Below, piece by piece: positions 1 through 12,640 of a stretch of 64,000 bases of DNA. Both the position numbers and the translations under genes were made by a program. Each line of letters opens with the position of its first letter. Positions within the stretch are counted from its first letter, which is position 1. Below the pieces are notes generated by a model. It saw only the letters and a program-made list of their open reading frames with translations, was not told where the DNA came from and searched no databases. The DNA is taken from NCBI GenBank assembly GCA_951406725.2, contig OX597830.1, positions 32,178,001 to 32,242,000 of the forward strand. Direction: 5' to 3'. Source of the stretch: Octopus vulgaris (lineage: Eukaryota).

Positions 1-84
1 GGGGGAGGTGTCGACAGAGGGTGTCGGTAGGGGGTCAGTAGGGGTAGTCCACTCTGCGCAGCACACACTCTAGCTACTCTAGTG

Positions 85-225
85 CAAGGCTGGCCTTTTG
101 AATTACAAGTACAATTCATTTTTGCCAGTTGAGCAGACTGGAGCAAGGTGAAATAAAGTGTCTTGCTCAAGGACACAGTGCATATTCATTAGCCGAATAT
201 CCTAACCCCTAAGCTACACATCTTC
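85..225 (-). mobile_element. SINE family D fragment
   Basis: Reverse complement matches the 11709-12015 copy (gtgtccttgagcaagacactttatttcac...ctccagtc). Confidence 0.75.
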
Positions 226-303
226 ACAACAACTTTAATTAACTTTAATCAAACAGATATACAATAAAAGGTGATCCCATGATAATATATATCTTTGTTT
301 TTA

Positions 304-440
304 AGGCAGCAGGCTGGCAGAATTGTTAGCACGCCAGTCAAGATGCTTAGCAGCATTTCATCCGTCTTTATGTTCTGAGTTAAAATTCCTCTGAGATCAG
401 CTTCGTCTTTCATCCTTTCAAGATCGATAAAATGAGTGCC
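304..440 (+). mobile_element. SINE family B, 5' part, diverged
   Basis: ggcagc..gctggcagaattgttagca...gttctgagttaaaattcc...tttcatcc matches the cleaner copies at 49690 and 62222. Confidence 0.8.
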
Positions 441-507
441 ATATATAATGTGGAATGTAGAAGGAAACTAGCTAGTTTTGCGAGGAGAAAATATCAGAAA
501 ATAGTTT

Positions 508-661
508 GAGTGGCTGTGTGGTAAGTAGCTTGTTTACCAACCACATGGTTCCGGATTCAGTCCCACTGCATGGCACCTTGGGCTAGTGTCTTCTACTATA
601 GCCTCGGGCTGACCAAAGCCTTGTGAGTGAATTTGGTAGATGGAAACTGAAAGAAGTCTGT

Positions 662-726
<65 letters not shown>

Positions 727-1026
727 TTGTTTGTGTGTCTGTGTTTGTCGCCCCAACATCACTTGACAACCAATACTGGTGTCCTTACATCCCTGTAACT
801 TAGTGGTTTGGCAAAAGAGACCAATAGAATAAGTACTAGGCTTACAAAGAATAAGTCCTGGGATTGATTTGCTCGTCTAAAGGCGGTGCTCCAGACCGAT
901 AGAATAAGTACTTGGCTTACAAAGAATAAGTCCTGGGGTCGATTTACTCTACTAAAGGTGGTGCTCCAGCATGGCTGCAGTCAAATGACTGAAACAAATA
1001 AAAGCGTGAAAAGAGTAAGAGTAAAG
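508..1026 (+). mobile_element. tRNA-derived SINE family A, full length, with an internal ~75-bp tandem duplication
   Basis: Head gagtggctgtgtggtaag (A-box-like) and ggattcagtccc (B-box-like), then ccttgggc(a/t)agtgtcttc, an internal (AT)n(GT)n tract and a gtaaaaga-type tail. About 16 copies occur in the window. Confidence 0.9.
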
Positions 1027-1385
1027 ATAAAGGTTTAAAGAGCAGATGGTGGCCCTTGAATTCACCACTGCAGAAATCGACTTCATGCTGCTGTTTAACT
1101 TTAGTTCACCTTTACCAAACACATCTAAAATGAAAGCTGTTCCACATGCAATAAAGCCTGCTCTTTAGAAATATATTCCTTCTATTGTGGAGGGTTGCAA
1201 TGCAGACAGCAGTACAGAAAATGACAGCAGATATGGGAAGTTATTTTCCTACGTTTATCAATCAAATAAACATATCTTTTATCCATGTGCCATTCAAATA
1301 TTACTTAGAAACATCGTTATTATTAATTCCAGCTGTTTGTTAGAGATTTAAATGTCATTTTGTTAATATGATATTTACTATGTAA

Positions 1386-1605
1386 AGGTGGCATGGTGAC
1401 AGAATCATTAGCAAGGCCAAGCAAAATGCTTAGCAGCATTTTGTTCATCATTACATGTTTTTGAGTTCAAATTCTGCCGAGGCTGAGTTTGCCTTTCATC
1501 CATTCAGGATCTATAAAATCGGTATTAGTTAAGCACTAGAGTCGGTGTAATTGACTTACTCTCTCTCCCGAAATTGCTGGCTTTGTGCTAAAATTTAAAA
1601 CCAGT
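1386..1605 (+). mobile_element. SINE family B, diverged
   Basis: Collinear with the other B copies through ...tgagttcaaattctgccgagg...gcctttcatcc...aaattgctggctttgtgc. Confidence 0.8.
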
Positions 1606-2327
1606 TTACAAGTCTGAAAAAGAAAGCAACAGCTGGAATAACAATGGTTTAAGTAATATTTGAATGGGATATGGACAAAAGATATGCTTATTTGAGAGAT
1701 AAATATAGGAAAATAGCTTCCCAAATCAAAAATTTTTATACCACTGACCTCTATCTCCTCTCTTCATACAAATTCATAAATTTTGACAACCATGCATCAT
1801 CTAAAGGCTGATAGCAATGATAGGCTAACAGAAGATTAACACATCCAACAGACTGTTTCCTTTTCCACTAAAACAATGTCCCACAATGTATTAACTGTAT
1901 CAGTACTCTTACTAACTAGTGTTTCTTGAAGATTTTAGTCTTGATTTGCAAGAAAATTTTCTCATCCCATTTGAATGTTTTGTTAATGTATGTTTTTGCT
2001 ATTGTTCTGCAGATGCCATCTACTTGATAATATACCACACTGAAAGATTGTCTGGACTCTTCTTAAGATTCTTTTCTGCCACCTTTTATTTATTTGTCTG
2101 AAACAGTATCTGTGGAACTAACAAATCGATGCTTTGAGATCTTACCTGTTGTAATATCAAAGGAGTAAATTTTCCCTTCAGTCCAGTTCAATTATTCCCA
2201 CAAAGTTGATACTCTGTGGGAAGAGAGGTCGAATCATAGAAAACATGTATCAAAATATTTTCAAAACCACTGAAGGAACCAACCAGAGATTTCATTACCT
2301 TTGTGCATTCAGGACAGCTGATCATTA

Positions 2328-2482
2328 GAAGAAGAAGAAGAAGAAGAAGAAGAAGAAGAAGAAGAAGAAGAAGAAGAAGAAGAAGAAGAAGAAGAAGGGG
2401 AGGAGGAGGTGGAGGAGGAGGAAGAGGAGGAGAGGAGGTGGAGGAAGAGGAGGTGGTGGAGGAGGAGGAGGAGGAGGAGAAG
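2328..2482 (+). repeat. (GAA)n followed by a degenerate (GGA)n microsatellite
   Basis: Directly visible; explains ORFs 2303-2602 and 2309-2665. Confidence 0.95.
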
Positions 2483-2489
2483 CTTCCTG

Positions 2490-2750
2490 TGAGCGATGAA
2501 AAGTGGAACAGCGAATTGGGAGGTGGCTGCAGATTTACCAGGATGCTGAGGATTCTTTCCCAATCCTGTTATGAAGAAACCGAATATTACCCTATGGTGT
2601 GAAAGAAAGAAAGGGGTAAATCTGGTGGAGTTAACAGTTCCTCTTGAAGTTAACATGGATGCCACTCAGGCTCAAAAGATCGACCGTTACGAAAACCTCT
2701 TCGAGGAATGTGAAGATGCAGGGTGCAAAGCGGAGCATTTTCTAATTGAA
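2490..2750 (+). pseudogene. Non-LTR retrotransposon restriction-like endonuclease (RLE) fragment, HERO/NeSL-like
   Basis: WEVAADLPG..FFP...KKPNITLW....VNLVELTVPLEVNMDATQAQKIDRYENLFEECEDAGCKAEHFLIE matches the RPD(x)LW..IELTVPWE..K..KY..L..G W motif of RLE elements; contains a stop. Confidence 0.75.
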
Positions 2751-3138
2751 AAACTCCTGCGCCTAGTTACCACACAGCCACTCTTGCTAACAAATTTCTA
2801 AACATTATGTTTTACGTTGAATTTTGTGAATTGATTCGACTTCAATCTTCATTTATTGTCCCAATTAGACGATAACAAACAATGCAGGTGAATTCTGTTG
2901 TAGCATTGGACTACATATTTTGATGTCAGAAGATATGGCTGCAGTTGTACTTGAAATAAGTTTGTCACATAGTGTAGTCAGATTCCAATAGAGTTTTCCA
3001 CAATTTTTGTTGCGGAACCATATTCTGGGTGGAATTTTTTAACTGGTCAACAAAACTTACCTGAGATATAAGTCCACATGGGAAAATTCTACCAAGAGTT
3101 TTTCATGAAGATTATAATTGTCATCATCGTTTCCTAAA

Positions 3139-3350
3139 GTGGTGAGCTGGCGGAATTGCTACTGCGCTGGGCAAAATGCTTAGCAGCACTTCTCTGTCTT
3201 TACGTTCTGAGTTCAAATTCCGCCGAGGTCGACTTCGCGCTCGTTCCTCTTGGGGTTGATAAAACATATACCAATCAAGTATTGGGTTCGATGTAATTGA
3301 TTTACCATCTTCATTCAAAAATTCCTGGCCCTGTGCCAAAATTTGAAACC
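3139..3350 (+). mobile_element. SINE family B
   Basis: ggtgagctggcggaattgcta...ctgagttcaaattccgccgaggtcgac...ggccctgtgccaaaatttgaaacc. Confidence 0.85.
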
Positions 3351-3971
3351 GTTATCATCGTCATTGTCATCGGCATCCTACACATTATCGTCGGCGTTGT
3401 CATCAGTGGCGGCGGCGATGGTATCATTGTCATCATCACTGTTATCATTTTCTGCTTCTTCCTTCTCTTCTTCATCATCGTCGTCGTCATCGTCAAAATT
3501 ATTTTTATCTAGTTTGATTTCAGACTCTTGGAAAATGTTTTGAATAATTTTTGTAAAATAATTTTCCAAACACCAATGAAATAAAAAGAATGACAGCATT
3601 TAATATTTAGTTCTGTATTAATTTCATGTTTGCTTGTGTGTGTGTGTATGTATGTACATATATATATATATGTATATGTATATATACATATGTGTGTGTG
3701 TTTATATTCACATATACATGAAATGGTTAACATAATTTTCTTTCTTTGATTTAATTATTATTGTTATGTCTATATCTGTGTGGTGCACGGGTATTTGTGT
3801 GTGAATGTGTGTGAATACATACGTGAATTTTATGTGCATGCGAGTATATTTGTATGTGTGCGTGTGCACGCTTTATGTGTGTGTATCTGTTTTAATAATT
3901 TTCTTTGATTTAATTATTATCGTTATGTTTGTACCAGCGTTTGCGTGTATGTGTATTATATATATATATTT

Positions 3972-4031
<60 letters not shown>

Positions 4032-4375
4032 ATGTATATATACATATAAATGTGTTTATGTGTATGGGTGTATGCGTGAATGGTTTTTGCTTTAGGGCTA
4101 AAATTCTTTGTAGGTTTCATTTATATACCAATAAATAGTGGAATTCATTTGTAAATGAAAGGAAAATTTTGTGCGTTAGTATGTTCATATGAATACGTGT
4201 TTTCAAGTATGAGTTTATTTCAGATTTTGTTCATACAAGCGTGTATTTGTATGATTAATGCGCTTGTGTGTGTGTTTGTGTGTTTGTATGTATGTGTACG
4301 TGAATGTTTCTATAAGCGTTATTGTTTGTTTGTTTGTTTGTTTGTATGTTTGTGAGTGTTTGTGTGTGTGTGTGT

Positions 4376-4417
<42 letters not shown>

Positions 4418-5439
4418 CAGTTATGATAATGAAGTAAAACTTTTTAAGTATATATTAAATGAACATACGCGTAAACATAAAGGCCTCGTCATTAATTTGA
4501 CTTTTTCACTATTTTGTATCTAAATATTTATATTTATTTTCTCTTAATGTACTTAATATATATGCTACATACGTCTGTCTGCTTGTCTGTCTATCTGTTC
4601 CTCAACCTATCTGTCTGTCTGCCTGTCTGTATGTATGTACGAATGTATGTATGTTTGTAATCGACTTCCTCCCACCCTTCAAAAAATGCTGACCCTGTGC
4701 CAAAATTTGAAACCATTTTCATCGTCATCGGCGGTGGCAGTATCATCCTTGTCATCACCACTGTTATCATTTTCCACCTCCTCTTCATCATCATGGTCAT
4801 CATTGCCATATGTGTGTGTGTGTGTGTGTGATGTTTAGTACTACAGGTAACAATTGACCCAGTAATACTTCTCGCATGGCTGGGTCGTTGGCAACTAAAC
4901 CAACAAACCTACCCAAGACTGCTTGGTAATGAGGATAGTTTTCGATTGATACCCTGCAGGACTAAAGCAAAAACCTTTTGAAGAGTGGATGAACTCCATG
5001 GCATCAACAGCCATCTAACAGCTTAGAGTGAGAGACCAAACCCCCTTGTCTAAGATTTTGTTTAGACATCTCTGTAAGAAAAGGAAAACTCTGATGCAAC
5101 ATCATCAGTACTGATGGTCTCTGTTCAAAATACCTCTTTGATGGTCACTCTGTCTTGTCCCTTGCCTCTTGATATGTGCCATAGGTATCAAGTTGCATTC
5201 TGTGTTTCCGGTAGGGATCTCAACTTTCATAGTAACAGGTTGAGAGCAGACATCAATGTTTCGCTGATAAACACCTTATTTCACGTTGCTAGATTATTGC
5301 TGTTGAGGACATAGATGTATGTAGCAAGGCCTAGATTTGAAACCGCATATGTTTAGTAACTAGGATAAGGCTACATCAGATCATCAAGTATCCCCAATAC
5401 TAAGCAGTGATCTTACAATAATATCACACCACTCTGATC

Positions 5440-5600
5440 GGGGTTTCAATTCCTGGACTGGGCTACGCATTGAGTTCTTGAACAAAACAGTTCATTTCAT
5501 GTTGCTCCAAAACGAGTAATCCTGTAAGAGGCTAGCATTCCATCCAGAGGAGAATATACATGCCAGAGAAACAAGGAAACGGCCTATGCTCCTTATGGAG
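5440..5600 (+). mobile_element. SINE D-related copy with a V-domain-like segment, diverged
   Basis: ttcaattcc...gttcttgaacaaaacagttcatttcatgttgctcca...cctgtaagaggctagcattccatccag resembles the reverse complement of 50245-50420. Confidence 0.5.
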
Positions 5601-6055
5601 TAATGTAGACAAACCACATTCATCCTAAGCTTCACAATCAAGGTCAATCTAGTAAGTCCGACACATACTTTTATAAACAATAAATCAAGTTGGCTCTGAA
5701 CTATGAGTTCTTTGCCTTTTCAAGACACTGTTTGAAATGTAAATTATGAAATATTTGTAATGTTTAGTGTATTGCAAAATGGTGCCATTGATGACAATGG
5801 TTGTTGTAGCAACAAGCTGATCCCTGACTTTCTACGGAGAAATTTCTGTCATTTTTATAGCTTTTGATACAGAAACTGCAGCTGATCACTGTTCTGTGAA
5901 GTTTTCTTTACACATGCATATAAGTCCTTACGCTGTGAACATTTTGGTTGTTGTTATGTCTTCCACTATTCTGATTTTGAGTTTGATGCCCCCTCTTGCT
6001 ACAGAATGTTCTCCAAATATTGTACTGAGATAAAGACAGGAAGAAAAAATAAACG

Positions 6056-6496
6056 ATAGGTGTAGGAGTGGCTGTGTGGTAAGTAGCTTGCTTGCCAACC
6101 ACCTGGATCCAGGTTCAGTCCCACTGCATGGCACCTCGAGCAAGTGCCTTCTCAAGTGTCTTCTACTATAACCTTGGGCTGACCAAAGCCTTGTGAGTAG
6201 ATTTGGTAGACGGAAATTGAAAGTAGCCTGTCGTATATATGTATATGTATATATCTATATATATATATATGTGTGTGTGTATGTGTTTGTGTTTGTCCCC
6301 CCAGCATTGCTTGACAACTGATGCTGGTGTGCTTACGTCCCCATAACTTGGCAGTTCGGCAAAAGAGACCGATAGAATAAGTGCTAGGCTTACAAAGAAT
6401 AAGTCCTGGGGTCGATTTGCTTGACTAAAGGCAGTGCTCCAGCATGGCCACAGTCACATGACTGAAACAAATAAAAGAGTAGAAGAGTAAAAGAGA
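6056..6496 (+). mobile_element. SINE family A, full length
   Basis: Collinear with the other A copies; small internal duplication caagtg(c/t)cttct. Confidence 0.9.
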
Positions 6497-6673
6497 GAGA
6501 GATAGCATCAAAAATACAGCTGTGTTCCATTCTAGAATTTATTTAGAAGCCATCACCGCTATTCTGGTTCAGTGGAATAGAACTCGCTCAGCTTAGCGAA
6601 CTTTGCAGGTATACCCAACGCTTTATTATGGCCCACACTGTAGTTAATTGTTTTGGCATTGAATGCATATTTT

Positions 6674-6962
6674 TGTTCAGTAATATTGAGATCTGGGGAC
6701 TGTGGTGGCTAGATAAGATGTTCAACTTCACTAGAGTGTTTTTCGTGTCATTCAGTAACAACTTTAGCTCTGTGAATTGGTGCATTATCATCCTGAAAGA
6801 TTGCGTTTCCCTCCAGAAACAGTTCCGCAACCATAGGAAGAATTTGATCAGATAAAATGCTTAAATAGTCTTGACTATTAATTCTGCCATGAAAAGAAAC
6901 CATTGGGCTGATGGATTTCCAAGATATAGCCCCCCAGATCATCACAGATTCTCCTCCATGTT
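6674..6962 (-). pseudogene. Tc1-like transposase catalytic-domain fragment, sister of 8455-8743
   Basis: Encodes MIWGAISW...FQDDNAPIH...PPQSPDLN; nearly identical to the larger copy. Confidence 0.9.
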
Positions 6963-7296
6963 GAACATAGAATAGAGTAGTGCATGCTGTTCTGTCTTTT
7001 TTTTTTTTTGCATCAGTGAAATTGTAAATGTAAAGTGCACAGTAGATAGTCTATTCTTTTTACAAGAAACCCTAGCTTATTAGGGTCAATAAAATAAGTG
7101 CCAGTTGAGCACTATGAAGTGATGTAATCTACTTAACCCTCCCCCTAAATTGCTGGCTCTGTGCCAAAATTTAAAATCATTATCGTTATTGCTAAACAAA
7201 TTATGAGTTGCACCAACATTATTGACATCATTAACACTTAATTGTATTTTTGTAAAAAGAAAAAAGGTGACATTAGATTTCTGACTAAAATTAAAC

Positions 7297-7688
7297 ATAG
7301 GCATAGGAGTGGCTGTATGGTAAGTAGCTTGCTTACCAACCACATGGTTCCAGGTTCAGTCCCACTGTGTGGCACCTTGGGCAACTGTCTTCTACTATAG
7401 CCTCAGGTCAACTAAAGCCTCGTGAGTGGATTTGGTAGACGGAATCTGAAAGAAGCCCATTGTACATATGTGTGTGTGTATGTGTTTGTGTGTCTGTGTT
7501 TGTTTCCCCAACATTGCTTGACAACCGATGCTGGTGTGTTGACATCCCCATAACTTCGCAGTTCGGCAAAAGAGACTGATAGAATAAGTACTAGGCATAC
7601 AAAGAATAAGTCCTGGTGTCAATTTGCTCAACAAAAGGCGATGCTCCAGCATGGTTGAAACAAGTAAAAGAGTAAAAAATAAAAGAGA
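7297..7688 (+). mobile_element. SINE family A
   Basis: Collinear with the other A copies; short 3' deletion. Confidence 0.9.
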
Positions 7689-7779
7689 GAAGCACAAACA
7701 GATTGTTGCCTTGGAATATTCCTTTTGAAATACTTTTAACCTCACTAACAATCCTTGTTCATTTACAAATATGAGAACT

Positions 7780-8170
7780 GTCCACCACATGAGCCTTTCA
7801 GTGGCAGCAACCAAAGTAGCCAACGTTTTTGGCAAACTCAGATTTCTGCAGTCAAGAATGAGGAACAGAATCAAATGTCATTCTGCAATGAAGCCAAATT
7901 CCCCCAAGGTTTCTACAGTATTTTCTTACTTCAGGAAGCAAAATTTTATTTATCTAAACTTATTCAGCACAACTCCTTTCTTTTTCACCTGGCTGCTCAT
8001 CAGACACTATTTTGCTGTACTCATAATGATCTGGGCAGAATCGGTTGAGACAGCTGTCATGAACTTTGTACATAATGTTTAAGGAAGCAAAGACCTTACA
8101 GTTTGTTACCAAGTCAATATTCTCATTCTTACCAATTTCGTTTGGTAAGCCAGTCTTAGCCATTCATAGT
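7780..8170 (-). pseudogene. Degraded reverse transcriptase fragment of an RLE-type (R4/Dong-like) LINE
   Basis: LNIMYKV..SCLN....EQPG.K.RSCAE*..INKILL.EVRKY.RNL..IWL....FDSVPHS* corresponds to the conserved EQ.G..GC.EQLLINK..RNL..AWLDY.KAFDSVPHSW region. Confidence 0.7.
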
Positions 8171-8226
8171 TATTTTAATTATCGATCTTATTTAGGTTCT
8201 TTAGAACATCAGAAATTCTTCTAGCA

Positions 8227-9486
8227 AATGGAAACACCTTAAAATTTCAAACAAATTTATTTTAATATAGAGTAGGGCTGCCTTTGGCAGTGATTACAGC
8301 TTAAATTCTACAAGGGATGGACTTGTACAAAGTTTGAATTTTTTCCAAAGGAATTTTTGTTCAATCTTCAGCTAAAACAGTATCCAGTGCTTGGAGGGAG
8401 TGATGATGGTGGAGGATATCGACTCCTTACTTGTTTTTCTAAAATGCACCATAAATGTTCAGTAATATTGAGATCTGGGGACTGTGGTGGCTAGATAAGA
8501 TGTTCAACTTCACTAGAGTGTTTTTCGTGTCATTCAGTAACAACTTTAGCTGTGTGAATTGGTGCATTATCATCCTGAAAGATTGCGCTTCCCTCCAGAA
8601 ACAGTTCCACAAGCATAGGAAGAATTTGATCAGATAAAATGCTTAAATAGTCTTGACTATTAATTCTGTTATGAAAAGAAACCATTGGGCTGGTGGATTT
8701 CCAAGATATAGCCCCCCAGATCATCACAGATTCTTCTCCATGTTTGACAGTCAGAAGGCAGTCTGGGTCAAATGCTTCTTTTGGCTGTCTCCACACGTAT
8801 ACTCAGCCAGTGGTCAGAGATAAGGTAAAGGATGACCTGTCCAAGAAAATAGCATTCTTCCATTGCTCTAGGGACTAATTCTGTAAGTTTTTACTCCACT
8901 CTAAAGGCTTTGTGACATTTGTTTTTGAAAGTAGCAGTTTTCTGATTGCAGTCCTCTCGTGAAATCCAGCTTTGTGCAGCTCCCAACAAACAGTTTTTGT
9001 GGAAACTGGGTTCTCGAGGTGGTCATTAAGCTCTGCAGTAATTTTGTGAGCTGTAATTTTGTGATCCTTTCTAAGAATTCATGAAAGAGTTTGACGGTCC
9101 TTATCTGAAAGTTTTGGTTTTCTTCCGGAGTTTTCTTTCAACAAAGAGGTTTTACCCTATTTCTCAAGGGCTGTCATTACTTTTGAGACAGTACTTCTTG
9201 ATACACCAAACATTTCGGCTGTTTACTTTACACTAGTGCCTGCCATACAAGCACCAACAATTTGATGTCTTTGAAAGTCTGAGAGATCTGTCATTTTAAT
9301 GAATTTTAATTACCTTTTTCTGATGATATCTGAAGAAAAAAAATGGCAATTTTAGTAAATCATATTAAGCAACACTAATAATAAATCAAAAAACAAAAAT
9401 AAACAAGCTTTTGATGGTCTTATAGATATTTCAAAATTATGGTGCTATAATGCTAGGTGTTTCCATTATTTTGTCCAACCCCTATA
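8227..9486 (-). mobile_element. Tc1/mariner DNA transposon, near full length, inactive
   Basis: Right TIR aggtgtttccattattttgtccaaccccta followed by TA (9455-9486); partial matching left TIR aatggaaacacct (8227-8239); encloses the transposase pseudogene. Confidence 0.9.
8262..9294 (-). pseudogene. Tc1-like transposase pseudogene (DD36E spacing)
   Basis: MTDLSDFQRHQIVG... HTH region, SGRKPKLS, VWRQPKEAF, VKHG..SVMIWGAISW, FQDDNAPIH, PPQSPDLNITEHLW, AVITAKGSPTLY*; multiple in-frame stops. Confidence 0.92.
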
Positions 9487-10087
9487 TACATGACAGTATC
9501 AGCAAGTATATATATATATTTATATACTAAGAGACAGATGTGTGTGTGTGTGTTTGTATATGTATGTATATTATGTTTAGGGACAGTCAATTAACACATG
9601 TACTCTTTAGCCTGCATTTCAGCTTTATTATTATTATTAGTTATTGCCTATTTTGTCCAAGTTCCTGTGTCACACATTCTGTAACCTCTTCAGTGACTAT
9701 TTGGTTGTATTCTCTTTGTCTCCCCTTCTTTCAGGTCTTATAACAATAAACCTGACGTAAAGACCAAATAGTGTGCATGTGTTTATTGGCGAAATGACCG
9801 TCCCAAATGTAACACTGTCTGTTTCAACAAATGATTTCACATTAAGAATTCAAGAATCTTACCAAACGAATACATAAATACCACACACACACACACACAC
9901 ACACACATGCACACATATTAGCAATGTCATGTCTAAAGGAGATATGAGTTTGAGTTCCATGCCAACCCAATATTTATTGTGTGATTATATGTTGCTTTAT
10001 GTGTGCTTCAAGATCCACTGTTCCAAAAAAGAATTATATATATATATATATACATCAACATACACACACACACACTTATAAATACGT

Positions 10088-10657
10088 ACATATACATTTA
10101 TGCATGTAGGGCCTCACAGAGGAAATGACGAAGACCGAGACCTCTGAGATATGCTGTGACTGCGAAGTCCTGACAAATGAAGTAAGTTCATGCTCGCAGG
10201 ATGGCCTGCTGTGCTAACTTTGGATCGGAGAGTGACCTGCTGTTCTTGAGGAGACCTATTGAGTCAATTACATCAACATCAACATCAAAGTAAAAATCAA
10301 ATGGAAATTGCAGTTAAGATACCCGTACTGGTGACATGTAAAAAGCAGCGTCTGAACATGGCAGCTGCCAGTGCCGCCTGACTGGTGTCCGTGTCAGCGA
10401 CATGTAAATGCACCAACTGATCGTGGTCATTTGCCAGCCTCCTCTGGCCCCTGTGCCGGTGGCACGTAAAAAGCACCCACTACACACACGGAGTGGTTGA
10501 CGTTAGGAAGGGCATCCAGCTGTAGAAACACTTCCAGATCAGACTGGAGCCTGGTGTAGCCTTCTGGCCTCCCAGACCCCGGTCGAACCGTCCAACCCAT
10601 GCTAGCATGGAAACAGACGGTAAACGATGATGATAATGATGATGATGATGATGATGA
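10088..10657 (+). mobile_element. 5'-truncated RTE LINE 3' end with (GAT)n tail
   Basis: Begins at the ORF-end-like ggcctcacagaggaaatgacga..gagacctc; contains the aggaagggcatccagc motif and a taaac(gat)n tail; related to the 3' region of the RTE fragment at 31320. Confidence 0.75.
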
Positions 10658-10708
10658 TATATATACATATTTATACATACATTTATATATATATATATAC
10701 ACACACAC

Positions 10709-10757
<49 letters not shown>

Positions 10758-11708
10758 TACATATGTGTGTGTGTGTATGTATGTAGGTATATGTGTGTGT
10801 GTATAGATATACATAGAGAGTGAGGGACAGAATGACAGAAACAGAGAAGGTGTAAGTGAATGAGAAAGACAGTAAGAGTGAGAGAGAGAGAGAGAGAGGG
10901 GGAGAGAGAGAGTGAATGAGTAAGAAAGAGATAGAAAGATACGAATATAGATACATGGCAAGACATCCATAAATTCCCATTGGATTCAACATGGAAAATC
11001 TTTTTGATGTCTGAACAAAATGACTTTGTCTGCTGCTTTAACGTTTCCTGAACTAATCCGGAAACTAAGCAAGCAGGAGAGTCTAATCCACATTAGGTAT
11101 CCATTTAACATACAGTCTACGGAAAATAGTTTAGAAAATGTCAAGAGATTTTGGAAGATTAAGGTCAAAGTTAATGATCTGGAAGGGATTGTCTATAATC
11201 TTTTGAAGTAATTAAATTAGGTCAGTGTCCTGTTGTGGCTCTCAAATAGATCAACTCTGTTGTATGACCTAATTCCATTTGACCATTCTTGGAATATTGT
11301 TGGTTTTGTTAATGCTACTTCTGTTGTTGTTGTTGCTGTTATTGTTGTTGTTGTTGTTGTCGTTCTTGTAAGTTGACGGGCCTTAGTAGTAGTAGTGGTA
11401 GTGGTAGCAGCTGTGGTATTATCGGTGGTGATAGCGCAATGCTGTGAGATATGGACATTGAATGTTTCTTTTGTCTGGTTGTGTGTGTATGTGTATGTGT
11501 GTGAGTGTGTGTGTGTGTGTGTGTGAGTGCGTGTGTGTACATGTGTGTGTGGGAGTGTGTGCAGGTGTCTGTGTGTGTGTGTGTGCATGTATGCATGTGT
11601 GTGTGTGCATGTGTGTGTGAGTGCATGTATGTGAGGAGTTCATGCATGTGTGTGTGGGCATATGCATGCTTATGTATATGTGTGATCTGTGCCTATATGC
11701 ATATGCGA

Positions 11709-12015
11709 AGGCATGTAGCTTAGTGGTTACAGTACTCAGCTCACGATTGCAAGGGCGTGAGTTCAATTCCCAGTGACATGATGTGTCCTTGAGCAAGACA
11801 CTTTATTTCACGTTGCTTCAGTCAACTCAGCTGACAAAAATGAATAGTACCTGTAATTCATAAGGGCCAGCCTTGTCACATTCTGTGTCACACCGAATCT
11901 CCCTAATTGTTAAGGGTACACATGTCTGTGGAGTGCTCAGCCACTTGCACAATAAGCTCATGGATAGGTTATTCCATCGATCAGATTAAGTGGAATACCA
12001 GCGGAGTACCAGTTA
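11709..12015 (+). mobile_element. tRNA-derived SINE family D, full length
   Basis: A-box-like tagcttagtggtt and B-box-like gagttcaattcc, followed by a gtgtccttgagcaagacacttta central block. Confidence 0.8.
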
Positions 12016-12404
12016 TATGTATGCTTGTGTCAGGCACGTGCCATCAGTAATTACTCAGGGTAGGCAGTTGGTGACGTAGTAAAACATACAAAAAAATAAG
12101 TGAAACACTGGCACACGACTGAATTGGAGGCAGATTTACTTCTGCCTTTAGAATGCATAATGAAAATTTTGTTGTAGGAATGTACGCAGCATATGTACAA
12201 CAGCAGTACTAAGTGTAGCTTTAATACTGAGATTGAAAGGTAGGGGCAAATTATGCCTACCTAATCTACAAAAAAATATAATATTTTGCATTTTATGCAT
12301 AATAATCAGAGTAGCCTTCATAATTTGATTGAATTCTATGCATATTTTGCCATAAAAATAAAATGTTACTGTTGATCTATTTTATTCATGGTAGGCATTG
12401 CCTA

Positions 12405-12640
12405 TCTTATTTCTTTATTGCCCACAAGGGGCTAAACATAGAGGGGGCAAACAAGGGCAGACAAAGGGATTAAGTCGATTACATCGACCCCAGTGCATAA
12501 CTGGTACTTAATTTATCGACCACGAAAGGTTGAAAGGCAAAGTCGACCTCGGCGGAATTTGAACTCAGAACGTAAAGACAGACTAAATACCGCAAAGCAC
12601 TTCACTCGGCGTGCTAATGGTTCTGCCAGGTAACCGCCTT
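12405..12640 (-). mobile_element. SINE family B
   Basis: Near-identical to 62222-62449. Confidence 0.9.

Noticed and set aside
1-84. G-rich start as a transposon end or G-quadruplex
   Set aside because: It is truncated by the window edge, so a partner terminus cannot be verified.
508-580. tRNA gene at the SINE heads
   Set aside because: A/B-box-like words are present, but I see no complete cloverleaf and each continues into a SINE body.
1700-2290. Possible coding fragment in unique-looking DNA
   Set aside because: Manual translation gave frequent stops and no recognisable motif; left unassigned.
4850-5400. Possible LINE or exon fragment
   Set aside because: No motif I can name with support; a BLASTX search would be needed.
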